64,000 nt of DNA from Podarcis muralis (lineage: Eukaryota). The translations under genes and the position numbers were made by a program. The notes under the pieces are model-generated. The model was not told the origin of the DNA, did not search any database, and was given only the letters and a program-made list of their open reading frames with translations. Numbering within the stretch: position 1 is the first letter of the stretch; each line of letters begins with the position of its first letter. Where the stretch lies: positions 31,806,001-31,870,000 of the forward strand of contig NC_135659.1 in NCBI RefSeq assembly GCF_964188315.1. Direction: 5' to 3'. Of this stretch, positions 60,771 to 64,000 are shown piece by piece.

Positions 60771-63700
60771 CTGCCATGTGTGAGCAGGGCAGCCACTCAT
60801 ACTTGATTACGTTCCAGCCAATTTTCTAAGCACTGCAAATGAGAACGCAATCCATATAACCATGCTAGTCATAATGGTTAGCTTTGAAACCTTGAGAAAC
60901 AAGGTTTCAAAGTATTTGGAACTGTCTGAAAAATGGGGTAGGAAGAAACGATTTAAGGAACAGCAGAAAAGTAAACCGTGATAGCTAAGTCTAGAGTATT
61001 TTAGTCCTGAGTGAACAAGACCCAGAGACCTAAGCTCTGAACTTCTTCCCTCTTTCCCCTGAAATTCAGATAATGAACCACCAAAGGTTCTCCTTGCAGC
61101 TGTTGAACCAGAAACTGGATTTTAGTTTTTGCACTTGCAAAGCAGATCTTTTACATGCAAAACATAAAAACAGCCATAGGTAAACCATTCCTTTCTAAAC
61201 TTTTAAATACTGTCCATATGAGCAGATGATATGAGTCACATTTTCAGTGTCTCTTTGCAAAGGCAGTTTTAAGCATTTAGATGCCTGCATTTCACTTTTT
61301 AAGCACCTTTATTCGGTGCTCTCCTTAAAAGTAGTTTGCCGCCGCTTCATGAATAAAGTATATATTATGGAAGAGAGCGCAGGGAGGATGCCCATTATAA
61401 ATTTCTGCCAATATTTTCAAAATTGCCTACCTCTCAGTTCTGCAACATCTTATACAACTAGGGAGAAGAACCAAAACGTCATGAGAAATTTTATCATCCC
61501 CAACTAGAGTGGGGCATGGCAACGTCGTCTCCCGAAGCCAAACGCAACTCAAGAAATTTCATTTTTTACTTAGGATAACTTAAGCTAAGCTGTTCACAAT
61601 CGCTCAAGCTTAAGATGAGCACATGGGAAACCAACACTTTCTACTTTTATTATCTACCCGTCAACTATTTTTCGCTTACTACGCTGCCAGTGTGGTCTTA
61701 GACATGGTTATTCAGAAGCCCTGCTGGGTTCATTAGCGTTTTACCCTCAGATTACTGTACACTGGACAGCCGGAATATCAAAAATAAACCTTAACTACCA
61801 AAGCCATTTCTACAGGCTGCCTAAATCTCTTAACACCTAATTAATATACATGCACCTCTTGTTTTGAGGACATGTCAACACAGTGGATATAGTATCAGGA
61901 ATTGTAACCAGCCTACCTTGTGAAGTCTGTACCGCGGCTCTGAGTTAAAGGGTCCAAATGGCAGCTTTGCTAATTGTTTGCACAATCATACTTTCAGTCA
62001 ACTTGGTGACACTATGCTACACCACCCTTGGTTTTTGAGGCACTCACTCTCTTCCTAACACGTGAGAATGGAATCAACAGGCCCACTAACAGATCAATCA
62101 GCCTGGACAATCGTGATTCTAGTTGTGCTCTGAGCATCAGCACCTGACGTTGAACACGCTGCTGCAAGTAGCAAATTGGTCTAATGATAGTTTGTTTTGT
62201 TTTTGTTTTTTCTGCGTCTCGTTCCGTTGAACCAACATGGCTATGAAAACACTCTGGGTCATGGTCATATATTGGAAAAAAATTAACAAATAACACTACA
62301 AATGACTGCTGACTGAAAAGAAGAAACTGCCTAGGGAGGCGGTGCTATTTTTATATCTTTAAGAGCAAGACAAAAGGAAGATGAAGAAGAGCAAATTAAA
62401 AGCTTTCCTTAATATACTCATCAACCTTTTGTAACAGGATCCCGTTTTTGGCATCAAAACATTCAGTTTACAGACAGCTAACAACTTTGTGTTCGTATAG
62501 CGGACAATTTTGGTAACGTTCTTCTATCAATGCATCTATGCTGCACTTTGACATCCTATAGAATATGACGCTCAAAGTCTGGATTTAAATGAGCTAATAA
62601 AAAAAATCTGCAAACTTTAATATATATATATATTAAAAAAACAAAAACAAAACATAAACCTTCCAGTAAAAACATATGCAGCTAGGGAATTTGAAGAACT
62701 GCAATTTTTCAAGAATTTTGTTAAAATGTAGCTTCCCAGTATACAACCAACTGCTAAACAACCTCGTGTATAGAAGTTACTATAAGGTGCTAATCATGGC
62801 AAATGCACATTTATTGAAGTAACATAAAGCAGTGCCCTGAACACATTGACGTCAATTTCTGTGTATCTCTTTTGGCCAGGCCACAGGCATCCGTTTCCCT
62901 TTTCCTTTTAAGCATGATAAAAGGATGCAGATTAAGGAGGGTGTTTCTTTCTCTTTTTTTGCAAAGGGGGCTCCTGGACAGACACACTGTGTATTTAAAG
63001 TTGTTGAGGTCATTGAAGTGCATTTCAGCGATGTCCAAGAGTTAACTCAAAACTGGAATTTGAACGGCAGGTGGGATGCTTCTACTTCACATACGACAAA
63101 ACTGGTGCAAAAATGTGTTAAACTAGTTGTCCGTAACCTTTTGGTCCAAATACATAAAATATGCATTATTTACAGCATTTTATTCCTTTTTTTTTCCAAA
63201 TGCAATGCTTTAAAACACATTATAAAGCACCTTAGTAAAAATATTCTACAGGTAAAAGTATCTAAATAGGAAACCCCTAACCATACCACAGCTCACTAGT
63301 TGAGTCATAATATGGATTCACCAGTAGTTCTTTAAAGTACAAAGAATCTATGGAACAAGGATACAGAATTCACTATTTGTTTTATATTGAAGTGCCGGCA
63401 AAAGCCAGCTTCTGAAGAGGTGTTTTCCCAACATTAGTTGGAAGTGCAGAGGATATTAAAGAAACACTGCCTTGGTTTTAGGCATTCTGACAAGATCACT
63501 ATGGAATTTGAATTTTCAAACACACTGATGATCAATTTAGCTCTTTAAAATGAAAACCCCACACTGATAAAATATGGGCAAGTCCAGCTGCAGCATTTCT
63601 CAGCAGAACATGATTGAACATGATTCATGTGATATGAATTCACAAGAACAAAGCACAGATGTCAGCCGGTTATTAACATTATTCATAAACGTATACAACC

Positions 63701-64000
63701 CAAATTTCCATGTTGAAGCTAGGGATACCAACAGCTTCCTCTTCCCAGGAGGTTAACTAAAATAAGCTGTTCTATGAATCAAAAAGAGCGGAAAGAGAGG
63801 CCTTTCATCTTTATCGTTTCAGCAACATAATTGGTAAGTGGTTAGTTTCTGTAAATGTGTATGCAGGCTTCTGCAGGAGTTGAAGAGCAGCCTTCTTTGA
63901 GATTAAACTGAAGTTTATACTTTTGGATTACCAACGTATCTGGTCAGCAGCCATCTTCTTTGAGGAACCCACAATTCATTTTACTGAGCTCAAGGACTGA

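Larger units (their letters stand above)
54110..64000 (-). other. Probable very long 3' UTR (>=9.9 kb) of an unidentified gene lying beyond the right edge
   Basis: Sharp drop in young TE density, U-rich minus strand, several AATAAA, miRNA seed matches, no coding frame. Could instead be conserved intronic or intergenic DNA. Confidence 0.45.

Noticed and set aside
63940-64000. Possible last codons of the gene owning the long UTR
   Set aside because: Minus-strand frames stop after SVLELSKMNCGFLKEDGC, QSLSSVK and SP; none matches a C-terminus I recognise.
1-64000. Known miRNA hairpins, snRNA/snoRNA genes, endogenous viral ORFs
   Set aside because: None recognised by eye; an Infernal/Rfam scan and tblastx against viral proteins would be needed to exclude them formally.

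Overview
This is vertebrate nuclear DNA from a squamate, most likely a lacertid lizard, judged from the repeat set: Sauria/Squam1-like SINEs, Squam3-like SINEs, BovB, CR1, L2, L1 and Tigger-like MITEs. I find no supportable protein-coding gene; every long ORF is a retroelement fragment, a repeat read-through or a chance frame. Positions 1-53.5 kb look intergenic: repeat-rich stretches alternate with repeat-free islands rich in homeodomain/SOX/POU/TCF motifs, resembling conserved non-coding elements (conservation itself not measured). Positions ~54.1-64 kb are repeat-poor and look like a very long minus-strand 3' UTR with a canonical poly(A) site near 54.13 kb; the gene is not identifiable here. 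Best leads: (1) a chimeric TIR element that captured an L2 3' end and moved as one unit, with all three BovB insertions in the window landing in or at its copies; (2) a solo-LTR family carrying a decayed acidic Trp-rich reading frame; (3) an AmnSINE1-like remnant; (4) a SOX-POU composite site and a strong CTCF site in candidate enhancers; (5) a TIR element flanked by a 19-bp duplication. No CRISPR array, true tRNA/rRNA gene or viral ORF is supported. Repeat family names come from recalled consensus sequences, not a database search. There is an assembly gap at 9688-9834.
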